Positions 28,831 through 39,306 of a stretch of 64,000 nt of DNA are shown piece after piece (positions within the stretch are counted from its first letter, which is position 1; each line of letters starts with the position of its first letter). The position numbers and the translations under genes were made by a program. The notes below the pieces were generated by a model. The model was not told where the DNA came from. It did not search any database and saw nothing but the letters and a program-made list of their open reading frames with translations. Origin of the DNA: a virus; the IMG/VR virus record IMGVR_UViG_3300027963_004416, positions 1 to 64,000 of that record. One strand, 5' to 3'.

Positions 28831-29099
28831 ACTTAAAAATTAACGATGATTTTGACTTTGGATTTAGTTTAGTTAATGAGACTGAACTTGAAGCTGTTCA
28901 AGAAGCTCAAGAAACAGTAGTTTCTACTACTAAAGTAGCATCTGCTACAGCACAAAAAATAGATAAGCTCTACAATATGATAGTACCTCTATTAAATAAT
29001 CTTGCAAAAAATCCAGAGAAAGAATATATTTACTGGCCTAATCGTGTAGAAAAAATTGAAGCCTTTAGAGAAAAACTTAATGAGGTTTACAACGGCTAA
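28827..29099 (+). CDS. Conserved hypothetical protein
   Basis: DFDFGF...PLLNNLAKNPEKEYIYWPNR. Confidence 0.65.
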   Translation: MNLKINDDFDFGFSLVNETELEAVQEAQETVVSTTKVASATAQKIDKLYNMIVPLLNNLAKNPEKEYIYWPNRVEKIEAFREKLNEVYNG

Positions 29100-29275
29100 T
29101 ATTCTATGAAGTATTTTTATTATGCAGCAGATGAGTTCGGAGATAAGTTTCGTAAATTTGAAACTAAACGATATGCTGAGGTCTTTATTAATAAAAGAGA
29201 TGGATGGTACTTAATTAAGGAAGAGCGTATAATTAAGCCTATTATTGACTGGAATAACTTTGAAGAGGCTTTATT

Positions 29276-29767
29276 TTGAAAGTGCATATCGGTAGGTATC
29301 CTAAAGATAGTACTAAAGAGCGTAAGATTGATATCCGTATCGACAAGTGGGATACATGGGGTATGGATCATACGCTTGCACTTATTATCCTTCCTATGCT
29401 TAAGCAGATTAAAGCTAACAAACAAGGTTCACCAGGAAGCCTTCCAGAATTTCAACAAACATCTGATCAATATCCTCAACTATGCTTTGACTTCTATGCA
29501 GACGGAAATCAAGATGCATGGGATGCTGGTCATAAGCATTGGATTGAAATCTTGGATAAAATGATTTGGTCATTTGAGCAAGTTCTAGACGATGATTGGG
29601 AAGAGCAATATTGGCTAGTCAAGCCTGAAATCGATTGGTACAAGGGTGGAGAAATTAAATGGAAGGTTCGAGGTGAATGTGACTGGGACGGTCGTATGAT
29701 GCATCTGCAACGTATCAATGAAGGTCTAGAACTCTTCGGTAATTATTATCAGGATTTGTGGGATTAA
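29276..29767 (+). CDS. Hypothetical protein
   Basis: WDTWGMDHTLA...W.EILDKMIWSF...GLELFG.YY. Confidence 0.65.
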   Translation: MKVHIGRYPKDSTKERKIDIRIDKWDTWGMDHTLALIILPMLKQIKANKQGSPGSLPEFQQTSDQYPQLCFDFYADGNQDAWDAGHKHWIEILDKMIWSFEQVLDDDWEEQYWLVKPEIDWYKGGEIKWKVRGECDWDGRMMHLQRINEGLELFGNYYQDLWD

Positions 29768-29958
29768 TATGATAGAAAAGTCTCAATTAGATGGTATTTT
29801 ATTTGCTATGGTTGGTGATGACACCTTGGTAGAGCGCTGGTGGAATGGTCCAAACAAAGCTTTTGATATGCAAAAACCAATCGATATATTTGAAGTTGAT
29901 TCTGAGCGAGTAATAGATTATATTATGAAATGTGCACGCTTTTAATAAAGGATAGACG

Positions 29959-31005
29959 ATGAGCTTTTTTAGAGATTTAGTGGAGACGATTAAAGATGAA
30001 GATACTTGTATTGCCGCTGACGGCAATGGCAGTGCTGAGTTTGGGGGCTTTATTGATACTGGCAGCTATATTCTCAACGCTGTCCTCTCTGGTAGCCTCT
30101 ATGGCGGCGTACCTGATAATAAAGTTACTGCTTTTGCAGGGGAGTCCGCTACTGGTAAAACTTTTTTCGTTCTTGGGGTCGTCCGATCTTTCCTTGACCG
30201 AAACCCAACCGGAGGAGTTGTCTACTACGACACCGAAGCGGCGGTCACAAAGCAGATGATGGAAGAACGCGGTATCGATACTAACCGAGTCATTATTGCA
30301 GAACCAGATACAATTCAGAAGTTTAAGACTCATGCGCTAAGAATGATCGAGGCATATGAAAAGCAGCCGGAAGAAAAGCGTCCTCCTATGATGTTTGTGC
30401 TTGATTCTCTAGGCCTGTTATCTACTTCTAAGGAAATGGAAGATAGTCTTGAAGGTAAGGATACGCGAGATATGACTAAATCGCAAGTCATTAAAGCTAC
30501 CTTCCGTGTACTTACATTGAAACTTGCTAAGGTGCGAGTTCCGATGCTAGTTACCAACCACGTCTATGAAATGGTTGGCTCTTATGTCCCTATGAAGGAG
30601 GTATCAGGTGGTTCAGGCCTTAAATACGCTGCCAGCACTATTGCAATGCTTAGCAAAAAGAAAGAAAAAGACGGAGATGAAGTTATCGGAAACGTTATCC
30701 GAGTCAAAATGTATAAGTCCCGTCTCTCTAAAGAGCACGCTCAAGCAGAAGTGCTACTTACTTACGACAAAGGCCTCGACAGATATTACGGGCTTCTAGA
30801 CCTAGCAGAGAAACATAATATCTTTGTTAAGTCATCAACCCGCTATGAATTACCAGATGGCTCTAAAGTATTTGGTAAGGAAATTAATCGTAACCCCGAG
30901 AAGTATTTTACAGAAGAAGTCATGGCAAGGCTAGAAGACGTAGCTAAGAAAGAGTTTAGTTACGGTGCAGGTCAACAATCACAGGTGACTGATACTGATG
31001 ATTGA
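29959..31005 (+). CDS. uvsX: RecA-like recombinase UvsX
   Basis: AGESATGKTF, YDTE, LDSLG, GGSGLKYAAS. Confidence 0.95.
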   Translation: MSFFRDLVETIKDEDTCIAADGNGSAEFGGFIDTGSYILNAVLSGSLYGGVPDNKVTAFAGESATGKTFFVLGVVRSFLDRNPTGGVVYYDTEAAVTKQMMEERGIDTNRVIIAEPDTIQKFKTHALRMIEAYEKQPEEKRPPMMFVLDSLGLLSTSKEMEDSLEGKDTRDMTKSQVIKATFRVLTLKLAKVRVPMLVTNHVYEMVGSYVPMKEVSGGSGLKYAASTIAMLSKKKEKDGDEVIGNVIRVKMYKSRLSKEHAQAEVLLTYDKGLDRYYGLLDLAEKHNIFVKSSTRYELPDGSKVFGKEINRNPEKYFTEEVMARLEDVAKKEFSYGAGQQSQVTDTDD

Positions 31006-32383
31006 AAAGAGTATCTTTTCTAACTTACTTTACAATGAAACGTTTGCACGTAAGACTCTTCCATTCCTTAAAGAAGATTATTTTCAGAATAAACTAGATA
31101 AGAAGCTCTATAAACTTATTGATGTTTATGTTGACAAATATAATACAGTGCCTACTAAAGCAGCACTGGTTATTGAGGCCGCTGAAGTAGCTGGTCTTAA
31201 TGACGAAGAGCATAAACTTCTAGTTGAGAACATTCAGACACTAGAAGAAGTAAAGTCTGATGAGCGCTGGTTAGTAGATCAGACTGAAAAGTTTTGTCAG
31301 GATAAAGCTATTTACAATGCTATTATGGAGTCTATTCAAATTATGAATGGACAGTCTGATAATGGTAAAGGTAATATTCCTAAAATTCTATCTGATGCAT
31401 TAGCAATATCGTTTGATACTCATATCGGTCATGATTTTTTAGACGATTACGAAGCCCGCTATGAATTTTATCATCAGAAAGAGAGAAGAGTTCCCTTTGA
31501 CTTAGATTACTTTAATACTATTACTAAAGGCGGACTACCATTAAAGACTCTTAATATTGCACTTGCGGGTACCGGTGTTGGTAAGTCATTGTTTATGTGT
31601 CACTGCGCAGCGTCTAACTTATCATCCGGTTATAATGTTCTTTACATTACAATGGAAATGGCTGAAGAAAAGATTGCAGAAAGAATTGATGCTAATCTTT
31701 TGAACGAGGCTATGGATATGCTTACTATGCTTCCAAAAGAGACATATGAAAAAAAGGTAGAGAGGGTTAAGAGTAAGACTACAGGCAAGCTTATTATTAA
31801 AGAATATCCTACTGCATCAGCTGGTGCCGGGCACTTCAGGCATCTTATGAATGAATTGAAGTTGAAAAGAAATTTCGTTCCTGATATAATCTATATCGAC
31901 TACTTAAACATCTGCATGTCTTCAAGGCTGAAGTATGGTTCGAATGTTAATTCGTATACGTATATTAAATCGATTGCTGAAGAACTACGCGGCCTCGCTG
32001 TTGAATTCAACGTTCCGATTGTTTCGGCTACTCAAACTACGCGTTCAGGTTATACTAATACTGATCTCGGTCTCGAAGACACTAGCGAGAGTTTCGGGCT
32101 ACCGGCGACTGCCGATTTTATGTTCGCTCTTATATCGACCGAGGAAATGGAAGATCTTGGCCAAATACTGGTCAAACAACTTAAGAACAGGTACAATGAT
32201 CCAAGCATGCATCGCAAGTTTGTGGTTGGTATTGACCGGGCGAAGATGAGACTTTATAACGTCGAGCAAGTCGCGCAAGACGATATTATAGATGATAAGC
32301 CCCTTTTCGATCAGTCTTCTACAGGAGAGAGGTTGAGGGGAGAAAAGAAGTTTAATAAAGATATTTTTGATACATTTAAATGA
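30998..32383 (+). CDS. gp41: Replicative helicase gp41
   Basis: AGTGVGKSL, IKEYPT, IDYLNI, ATQT, SESFGLPATAD. Confidence 0.96.
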   Translation: MIEKSIFSNLLYNETFARKTLPFLKEDYFQNKLDKKLYKLIDVYVDKYNTVPTKAALVIEAAEVAGLNDEEHKLLVENIQTLEEVKSDERWLVDQTEKFCQDKAIYNAIMESIQIMNGQSDNGKGNIPKILSDALAISFDTHIGHDFLDDYEARYEFYHQKERRVPFDLDYFNTITKGGLPLKTLNIALAGTGVGKSLFMCHCAASNLSSGYNVLYITMEMAEEKIAERIDANLLNEAMDMLTMLPKETYEKKVERVKSKTTGKLIIKEYPTASAGAGHFRHLMNELKLKRNFVPDIIYIDYLNICMSSRLKYGSNVNSYTYIKSIAEELRGLAVEFNVPIVSATQTTRSGYTNTDLGLEDTSESFGLPATADFMFALISTEEMEDLGQILVKQLKNRYNDPSMHRKFVVGIDRAKMRLYNVEQVAQDDIIDDKPLFDQSSTGERLRGEKKFNKDIFDTFK

Positions 32384-32850
32384 AATATTACAAATACGAT
32401 TATGAAGAAGGAAAGCTGGCTAACTTTACTATTCGTGGTCGTAGTAGAAAAATTCTAAGAAATGCTGTGGAGTTTTTCGCTTCAAAGATTTTTACTCAGA
32501 ACTCACTTTATAAGATACATTTCTTTATCAATGTAAAGAATAAACTTGAACAATCTGCTCTTGGTTATTGCTCGTTTAATAATGACTTTAATGAGCCGGA
32601 GTTTGATATTGAGATACTAAATACTAAAGATATTGATGATATGCTTTCTACTCTGGCTCATGAAATGGTTCACGCTAGACAATATTATAGGAAAGAGCTT
32701 AAATTCTCTAATAATAAGAATTATTGGAAGAAGCAAGAACATAGTGAGGATGACGGAATTAACAGTCCATGGGAACGAGAAGCTTATATTAACGAAAGAA
32801 TCCTACTAGACCTTTTTAGAGATAATTATGACAGAAAAGAAAAAAGCTAA
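32380..32850 (+). CDS. HExxH zinc metallopeptidase-like protein
   Basis: LAHEMVHARQY...PWEREA. Confidence 0.75.
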   Translation: MKYYKYDYEEGKLANFTIRGRSRKILRNAVEFFASKIFTQNSLYKIHFFINVKNKLEQSALGYCSFNNDFNEPEFDIEILNTKDIDDMLSTLAHEMVHARQYYRKELKFSNNKNYWKKQEHSEDDGINSPWEREAYINERILLDLFRDNYDRKEKS

Positions 32851-33058
32851 AGAAAAGTCATATCACCTTTATGTTTCTCTTAATTCAATTAAGGTTGGTG
32901 ACTGGACTGTTAAAGCAAGTTCTATGGGTAGTAGAGGGATTCTTCTAATTCTTTTTAATGAAAAGACTATTGAATCTATTACTAGGTATTTTACAAATGA
33001 AATAGAGGCCGCTAGCTTTATGTCCGATCTAGGAGCTAGGGCCTCTAATAGAGCTTAA
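32828..33058 (+). CDS. Hypothetical protein
   Basis: Coupled ORF. Confidence 0.5.
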   Translation: MTEKKKAKEKSYHLYVSLNSIKVGDWTVKASSMGSRGILLILFNEKTIESITRYFTNEIEAASFMSDLGARASNRA

Positions 33059-33579
33059 TTAGCTAGAGGATTATCAAGAGCTTTCTTGATTTTATCATCT
33101 ACATCCTTACGAAGCTTTCTAAATTCACCATCATTCTCTTTATCGATTCTAGTCATCTCTGAGCGAAGATCCTTATCCAACTTGCTCATATCAGTTCTAG
33201 AATCTTTAACAGCATTATCCATATCACGCTGTGATTGTTTAGTATTTCTTTCGACCTGCTCAACTACTTCCTCTAGTCTACGAATATCAGCTTTGAGATC
33301 ATTTTTAATATCTCTAGTATAATCAGTAGATTTAGCAGAGTTTTCTTCTACTATAGCTAACTTCTTATCGATTTCAGATAAGTCTGGAGCAACGTAAGTT
33401 TGAATTGCTTCTTTCATATCCATATAATCTTTGTAGATTTCAAATCCACCCCAGAGAGTTCCTACAACAGCTGATACAATAGATCCAGCTAACATTAACT
33501 TCATTGGGGTAAAGCTAAAATTACCAATCTTTATTTCAGTATCAGCAATTTGTTCTTCTAAGTTTTTTTCTTCTAACAT
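33055..33579 (-). CDS. Membrane-anchored coiled-coil protein
   Basis: TM segment then heptads, ending ALDNPLAN. Confidence 0.7.
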   Translation of the reverse strand: MLEEKNLEEQIADTEIKIGNFSFTPMKLMLAGSIVSAVVGTLWGGFEIYKDYMDMKEAIQTYVAPDLSEIDKKLAIVEENSAKSTDYTRDIKNDLKADIRRLEEVVEQVERNTKQSQRDMDNAVKDSRTDMSKLDKDLRSEMTRIDKENDGEFRKLRKDVDDKIKKALDNPLAN

Positions 33580-33580
33580 T

Positions 33581-35401
33581 TTAGTTACCTTTTAGTGAGT
33601 ATTGACTATCGATCATTTTTTCATGAAGCCTGTCACTACCACCTGATAAACCACGAAGCAAGCGTATATTATCAACATTATTTTGATTTTTATAAACTTC
33701 TACCTTCTTATAAAACTGAATATCTTTAAGAGTATTGTTTAAATAAGCATCAAACCCGGGAACAAATCCCATTGCTCCTATTACAATACCCTGATTATTA
33801 ATTTGTTCGTTCATTGATTTAGCTTGTCCCATGTTAGCAGCAGCTTGCGATCCTTTTTCAGCATTTGATTTCTGCGCAGATTCTTTAGCAGCGGCTCTAG
33901 CTGAAGCCATTTTAGCTGACTCAGGCTTGCTTTCAGTTTTAGTTTCTGACTTGGGTTCTGATTTAGACTCAGGTTTCGATTCTTGTTTACCAGGTTGACC
34001 TTGCTCCATCGGCGATTGCATTTGTGTAGACTGAGGCTGAGCTGTAAGGTTTACAGGAGCGGCTGGCGCAGCTCCTGTCGGTGCAGCGGTTGTAGCAGTT
34101 GATGTAATGGTCTGATTAACTACTGCATCAGGTACAAGGGCTACAGATGAAGGAGAGTTTGAAGAAGTCGAGACCGCAGTTGTTGACGCAGTTTCGGGTT
34201 TAGGAGTGTTTATTATATGTTGCTTGGCATATTCTTCAGCATACTTTGGACAGGTTCTATCGTATAGTCCATTAAGATTGCATTGTTGATTAAAGTAAGC
34301 AGTGCTGTACCCTGGGCAACCAGTATGATATAATGGATTCAACGAACATTGCTGATTGTAATACGCTAACTCATATCCCGGGCAACCAGTATCATAGAGA
34401 GGATTTAAAGAGCATTGATGGTTGTAATAAGCTTGATTGTAGCCAGGGCAACCAGTGTCGTATAAAGGATCAGTAGAACATTGCTGATTATAATATGCTT
34501 GTGTATACCCTGGGCATCCAGTATCGTACAGCGCGTTTAAAGAACATTGTTGAATATAATATGCTGCACCGTAACCGGGGCAGGAAGAACTAAACAGAGC
34601 AGTTATAGTGCACTGCTGGGCAAGATACGCTTCAGCATATCCCGGGCAAGAAGCATCGAATAGAGGATTAATTATACAAGGATTTCCTCCGCCTGTTCCT
34701 CCTAGTGCTTGCCATGAAACAGATCCACCTTGATTTATGTTTATCCCGCTCCCGTGATAGAATTGATAAAACTCACCCTTGCTTATATCTCCAATCATGC
34801 CTGAAGTAACCGGGCTTCCGGTTACAAGTGCTCCGGCTATTCTAGTATCAACAAGACCGGAAGCATCAATTTTTACTTCGAAGCTATTTCTATTATTAAT
34901 ATTTCCATACTGACTTACTCCGTACCACCCATATGTTAATGCATTAGCTTCGCGTAAGTAATAATGACTTCCTCCTTGATATGCTATTAAATCAGTCCAT
35001 AAAGGAACAATGGAATAATTGTATGCTGGGTTTCTTAAGGTGTTTAAGTTTTCTCCTGCGCAGCAAAAGCCTCCAGGAACATCTGGACCTTTAAAACTTA
35101 CTCCACCATTAGAATACATCCATGAGTTTGTAAAGCTTTGACCAAAGAAAGGAAAAGTAAACCCTAAAGGTATATTAACGTTACTATCATCACCCATAGT
35201 AACGTTAAAGGCTTGAGGGTTGTTTTTTATTTCAGCAAGAGGTATAGCATTTACACCTGTACCTACTGTTACGTTTAGTCCAGGTGCACCAGGAATAGGG
35301 ACGGTAATTATATCTGCTTTAGCAGGCTTAATAGCAGCTAATAATAAAACAGAGATAACAATTGCACCCCATAGTAAAAAGTTAATTAACTTATCTTTCA
35401 C
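33581..35401 (-). CDS. Exported protein with nidogen-like domain and seven 22-aa Cys repeats
   Basis: Signal peptide; IPLGFTFPFFG...SNG; CxxNPLYDTGCPGY repeats (66-nt period). Confidence 0.75.
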   Translation of the reverse strand: MKDKLINFLLWGAIVISVLLLAAIKPAKADIITVPIPGAPGLNVTVGTGVNAIPLAEIKNNPQAFNVTMGDDSNVNIPLGFTFPFFGQSFTNSWMYSNGGVSFKGPDVPGGFCCAGENLNTLRNPAYNYSIVPLWTDLIAYQGGSHYYLREANALTYGWYGVSQYGNINNRNSFEVKIDASGLVDTRIAGALVTGSPVTSGMIGDISKGEFYQFYHGSGININQGGSVSWQALGGTGGGNPCIINPLFDASCPGYAEAYLAQQCTITALFSSSCPGYGAAYYIQQCSLNALYDTGCPGYTQAYYNQQCSTDPLYDTGCPGYNQAYYNHQCSLNPLYDTGCPGYELAYYNQQCSLNPLYHTGCPGYSTAYFNQQCNLNGLYDRTCPKYAEEYAKQHIINTPKPETASTTAVSTSSNSPSSVALVPDAVVNQTITSTATTAAPTGAAPAAPVNLTAQPQSTQMQSPMEQGQPGKQESKPESKSEPKSETKTESKPESAKMASARAAAKESAQKSNAEKGSQAAANMGQAKSMNEQINNQGIVIGAMGFVPGFDAYLNNTLKDIQFYKKVEVYKNQNNVDNIRLLRGLSGGSDRLHEKMIDSQYSLKGN

Positions 35402-35865
35402 TCTTTACTTTTTACTTTTTGAGGCTGGCGAGTTGGATTAGCTTCCCAAATTTCTCTAGCCTTTTCACCTATTTGACCATCAACAGGACAGGGCGTTCCA
35501 GCATTTAACATAGCTGAGAATACTCTTTCATCTTGACAGAGAACAGATACTGCAGCTACTTTCATGCCCATGTCATAAAGATTCTTAGCAAGCTTTAAGC
35601 GCTCACAATTCTTATCGACATAGGTAGAACCAATAGCAATGCCTAGGATTTGAGTTTGAGCTGCTCCAGAAATACCAACAGCGCATACATCGCTATTAAT
35701 ACTTGTGAAGGATGGAGCTACAGCGGTTGGAGGAGGTGACTTGACGGTAGTTTCGCTTTTAGAGTCAGAGAAGCTTCTTGTAGTCGAATCAGTAACGATT
35801 GGCTCAGCGAATGAAGAAGAAGCAAATAATATAGCCATAACCAATGCAAGAGTGTTTTTATTCAT
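35398..35865 (-). CDS. Exported Cys-containing protein
   Basis: Signal peptide; SPPPTAVAP, DKNCERLK, AGTPCP. Confidence 0.7.
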   Translation of the reverse strand: MNKNTLALVMAILFASSSFAEPIVTDSTTRSFSDSKSETTVKSPPPTAVAPSFTSINSDVCAVGISGAAQTQILGIAIGSTYVDKNCERLKLAKNLYDMGMKVAAVSVLCQDERVFSAMLNAGTPCPVDGQIGEKAREIWEANPTRQPQKVKSKE

Positions 35866-35892
35866 GTTATTCCCTTGGGTTAGTTTACAGCG

Positions 35893-36504
35893 TTAGTATT
35901 TATTAAAGTTGTCAGCTGTGGACTTTGATCTCCCTAATCTATATCCTTCTGGTATCTTATCTGTGACTCTAATAACCTTTTCTTCTCCTGTGATAGGATT
36001 AAAACAGAAGGTCCATCCTTCCCTATGCTTGTTACCTATCTTTTTCTCTGCTATCTTTCGTTTTGATTCTTCAGTATGTTTTTTACCTGTGAAATTACTA
36101 GGTTGAGTCTTCTTTGTAGCGCTTATTTTCTGCTTATGCTCTTCAGTTAAGCCATTAGCATTTGGATGTAGTTCTTTGCTAAACTGTTTTCTTCTTCTTT
36201 CTCTATCTTCATCGGTAATCTTAAACTTAGTACCTGGTTTAGGACCGGGCTTTAACGGTTTTCTTAGAGGGTTTCTTAGAGGGGATACTTCTTTTTTGTC
36301 TAAGAAAGTTTTAACCGGGCATTTATATAACTTTCTTAGAGGTTCTATGCGGTTTCCCGCTATGAATTTGTCTTGATGTTTCTCTAATAATTCTATATGA
36401 AATAATCTAGGAGAATATTCTATGAAAACTGTCTTTTCTCCATCAAAGATATGGATTAACTTAGACTGAGTTAGCTTTTCAGTTATTAGATACACGCAGT
36501 ACAT
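35893..36504 (-). CDS. NUMOD3-containing, homing-endonuclease-like protein
   Basis: GKKHTEESKRKI and LTEEHKQKIS NUMOD3 repeats; degenerate GIY-like YCVYLIT start. Confidence 0.6.
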   Translation of the reverse strand: MYCVYLITEKLTQSKLIHIFDGEKTVFIEYSPRLFHIELLEKHQDKFIAGNRIEPLRKLYKCPVKTFLDKKEVSPLRNPLRKPLKPGPKPGTKFKITDEDRERRRKQFSKELHPNANGLTEEHKQKISATKKTQPSNFTGKKHTEESKRKIAEKKIGNKHREGWTFCFNPITGEEKVIRVTDKIPEGYRLGRSKSTADNFNKY

Positions 36505-36645
36505 AAGATAAGGTTATTAAAGCACTTTCGAAAATTGTTATCTATATCTATCTTGGCTAAAATCAGGGGAGAAAGTGGTTGACTTTTTTTCCGAGCGCTC
36601 GTAAAATGATTGTGTTGTTAGGGAAACACACACAAGGAGACATAG

Positions 36646-37155
36646 ATGAGCAGCAACAAGACCGATATCAAAGTAGACGAAAACGTTTTCACTACCGTCC
36701 AGATCAATACCTACATGAAGGGTAACCTGGAAGTTTTTCGCAAGGTTGTCGCAGCAGCGAAGAAGGCTATCGAAGCTCCGTTGCGCGAAAAGCTGACAGA
36801 TGCAGGTAACGATGTTCGTATCATATACTACCTGAAGAACCTCAAGACCAAGCGCACGCACGGCAAGTGCATCCGTAGCAGTAACGGCAAGCTGATTACC
36901 GTACTGCTTAACGCAAAGGTTTTGCCGAGCTTCAAGGATATGGCTGAGACGCTCGGTCATGAGATGGTTCACGTTGAGCAGTACATGTCCGGGCGCCTTG
37001 CTCGCGACGGGTATCACCACGTCTGGAACGGTCAGAAGCATGTAGGTCGCGGTGCTACCTTCGAGAGCTATCGCAACCTGCCTTGGGAGATTGAGGCGTT
37101 CGATCGCCAGGCTGCCGAAGCTTCGAAGATCGTCAATGCGTACCACAAGGGTTGA
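36646..37155 (+). CDS. Early HExxH metallopeptidase-like protein
   Basis: LGHEMVHVEQY...PWEIEA. Confidence 0.75.
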   Translation: MSSNKTDIKVDENVFTTVQINTYMKGNLEVFRKVVAAAKKAIEAPLREKLTDAGNDVRIIYYLKNLKTKRTHGKCIRSSNGKLITVLLNAKVLPSFKDMAETLGHEMVHVEQYMSGRLARDGYHHVWNGQKHVGRGATFESYRNLPWEIEAFDRQAAEASKIVNAYHKG

Positions 37156-37218
37156 CTTTATTTCTGCGTGACGCTATCATGTATTGGTCGTTAGGGAAAA
37201 CACACACAAGGAGAGAAA

Positions 37219-38094
37219 ATGATTTCTGTGACTCAAGTCGGTAACAAGTTCGTCGGTTCGATCGACGGTGTCGAAGTTGTTCGTTCGGTGAACGCTTCGT
37301 ATGTCAACAAGAAGGTTCGCGAGATGAGCTCGTCAAGCTTCATACCTCAAGCTGCTGAACCGGTTTCGCAGTTCGGCATTAATCAGCGTTTTGACTTTAC
37401 TTCAGATCTCGTGACGATGGTCGCGAAGGGTCAGACTGCTTCGGCCGTTATTACTGGCGAAGGCGGTCTTGGCAAGTCGTTTACGGTAGTTGCTGCTCTG
37501 AAGGCCGCTGGTCTGAAAGACTTTAGCGAAAAGGAACCGGGTGAGGTTGCTGCTCCGCGTTCGACTTATCGCATCGTTAAGGGCTTTTCGACTGCGAAGG
37601 GTCTTTATCGTGTTCTGTATGAGAACCGTAACTCGATTATCGTTTTCGATGATTGCGATAGCATTCTGAAGGACGCTGATGCGCTTAACCTGCTCAAGGG
37701 TGCGCTTGATTCGTATGATCGTCGCATTATCTCGTGGAATACTTCGCGTATTGACGATCTGCCGCGTTTCTTCCAGTTCAAGGGCGGGGTCGTGTTCATC
37801 TCGAATATGCCGCAATCAAAGATCGATCAGGCTATTCGTTCGCGTTCGATGAACGTTGACCTGTCGATGACGACCGATCAGAAGATCGAGCGCATGGAGA
37901 CTCTCGTTATTACTCCGAGCTTTCAGCCGGATATGAATGCAGGTGTTAAGCGTGATGCTCTTGATCTGATTAAGCAGAAGCGTAATGAGGCTCGTGAGAT
38001 TAGCTTGCGTACGCTGCTGATGGTTGCGAAGATTCGTAACTCGGGTAAGCCGGACTGGAAGAGCCTGGCGACTTATATGCTGGTTAACGGTTAA
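37219..38094 (+). CDS. Early AAA+-like ATPase
   Basis: GEGGLGKS, IVFDDCD, LLKGALD, FISN, AIRSRS. Confidence 0.85.
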   Translation: MISVTQVGNKFVGSIDGVEVVRSVNASYVNKKVREMSSSSFIPQAAEPVSQFGINQRFDFTSDLVTMVAKGQTASAVITGEGGLGKSFTVVAALKAAGLKDFSEKEPGEVAAPRSTYRIVKGFSTAKGLYRVLYENRNSIIVFDDCDSILKDADALNLLKGALDSYDRRIISWNTSRIDDLPRFFQFKGGVVFISNMPQSKIDQAIRSRSMNVDLSMTTDQKIERMETLVITPSFQPDMNAGVKRDALDLIKQKRNEAREISLRTLLMVAKIRNSGKPDWKSLATYMLVNG

Positions 38095-38312
38095 AATGAA
38101 CAACCGATTAACTGCATTGGTTAATGTTGCCACTAGAGCTACGGCAAACAAGCCAGAAACTATGCCAGCTCTTTTGGCGCAGCTTATTATTGAAGACTGT
38201 ATTAAGTTGTGTAATATAGATTCTGATAGTGATAAGACATGGGAAATTGATATTGGCAGAATGATGGCTGCTGCAGAGATTCAATTAAAAATAAAAAAGG
38301 CATATAAAGATA

Positions 38313-38624
38313 ATGATTAGTGTTCGTGAGATTACTAACTGGGATTGGAGTAATCATACCTATTTTCTTAATGACTCTCAAAACAAGCTATTAGGTTATC
38401 AAATAGATGGCGAGAAACCGGTCACGTTCACCTCGCCGATGGACTTCGATAAACGCGGGCGTAAGTTTGAAGTTATTAAAGCTGATACAGAAAAGAATAC
38501 TCGCATCATTCGAGGTTCAAAAGGTAGTGTTTATTATATTACTAATGTAAATGGCGTTGAACGATGTACGTGTACTGGATTTAAGTATCACGGCAAATGC
38601 AAACATATTAAGGAGGCAGTATGA
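38313..38624 (+). CDS. SWIM zinc-finger protein
   Basis: GSKG..Y, CTCTGFKYHGKCKH. Confidence 0.75.
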   Translation: MISVREITNWDWSNHTYFLNDSQNKLLGYQIDGEKPVTFTSPMDFDKRGRKFEVIKADTEKNTRIIRGSKGSVYYITNVNGVERCTCTGFKYHGKCKHIKEAV

Positions 38625-38776
38625 GTAAGTCACCGTTTGAAATTCGTCTAGATATTTTCCGTCAAGCATATCATATTACATGGGAAAATTCTAATAAGGA
38701 TGCTACAGCAGAAGAAGTAATTAACGCTTCTTTTGAACTAGCTGCACGTATTAAGGCCTTTGTGGATAAAAGCTAA
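38621..38776 (+). CDS. Small hypothetical protein (not in ORF track)
   Basis: AGGAGG RBS; MSKSPFEIRLDIF...FVDKS. Confidence 0.6.
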   Translation: MSKSPFEIRLDIFRQAYHITWENSNKDATAEEVINASFELAARIKAFVDKS

Positions 38777-39126
38777 TGAGCGATAATATTATTAAGCCTT
38801 TCGATCTTCAAGAAACTATTGACGATTTTATCGATTATTTCGATTGGGAACGCGTTAATGATGTGATGGAACATTTGGATTGGAGATGGGCTACTATCGG
38901 AAACGATATTCCTTCTATTCCTCAAATGAAGAAGCATGCTCGTAAATATCTTCGAGAAGTCGCTGAAGGAGTATTGAAGCAAGCAACTGAAAAACCAGAT
39001 CTTGATTCGGTAAACTATTATACTAGTACAGGTGGCTTTTATTACGAAGCTACCAAATACAAAGATAGCGATAAAATCTATCTAAAGATGCACTTCGCCG
39101 TATCGGAGTGGAGCAATTACGACTAG
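38776..39126 (+). CDS. Hypothetical protein
   Basis: FDWERV..VME.LDWRW...STGGF. Confidence 0.65.
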   Translation: MSDNIIKPFDLQETIDDFIDYFDWERVNDVMEHLDWRWATIGNDIPSIPQMKKHARKYLREVAEGVLKQATEKPDLDSVNYYTSTGGFYYEATKYKDSDKIYLKMHFAVSEWSNYD

Positions 39127-39180
39127 TTGACTTTATTTCTTCGTCACGCTACAATGTCTATGTTGAGTGAGGAGAACGAA

Positions 39181-39306
39181 ATGAAACCAAGGAACTTTTT
39201 TGCAGTGCATGCGCACTTCCGCAAGGGCGGTGCGCATGGTAAGACCAACAAGGCTAATCGCAAGCAAGGTAAGCAGAACCTTCAAAAGGAGCTTCGTAGT
39301 GTTTGA
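39181..39306 (+). CDS. Small basic protein (not in ORF track)
   Basis: Follows promoter 39127 and GAGGAG; MKPRNFFAVHAHFRKGGAHGKTNK. Confidence 0.6.
   Translation: MKPRNFFAVHAHFRKGGAHGKTNKANRKQGKQNLQKELRSV

Noticed and set aside
35893-36504. Active mobile homing endonuclease
   Set aside because: NUMOD3 repeats are present but no clear GIY-YIG or HNH catalytic motif; kept as a CDS only.
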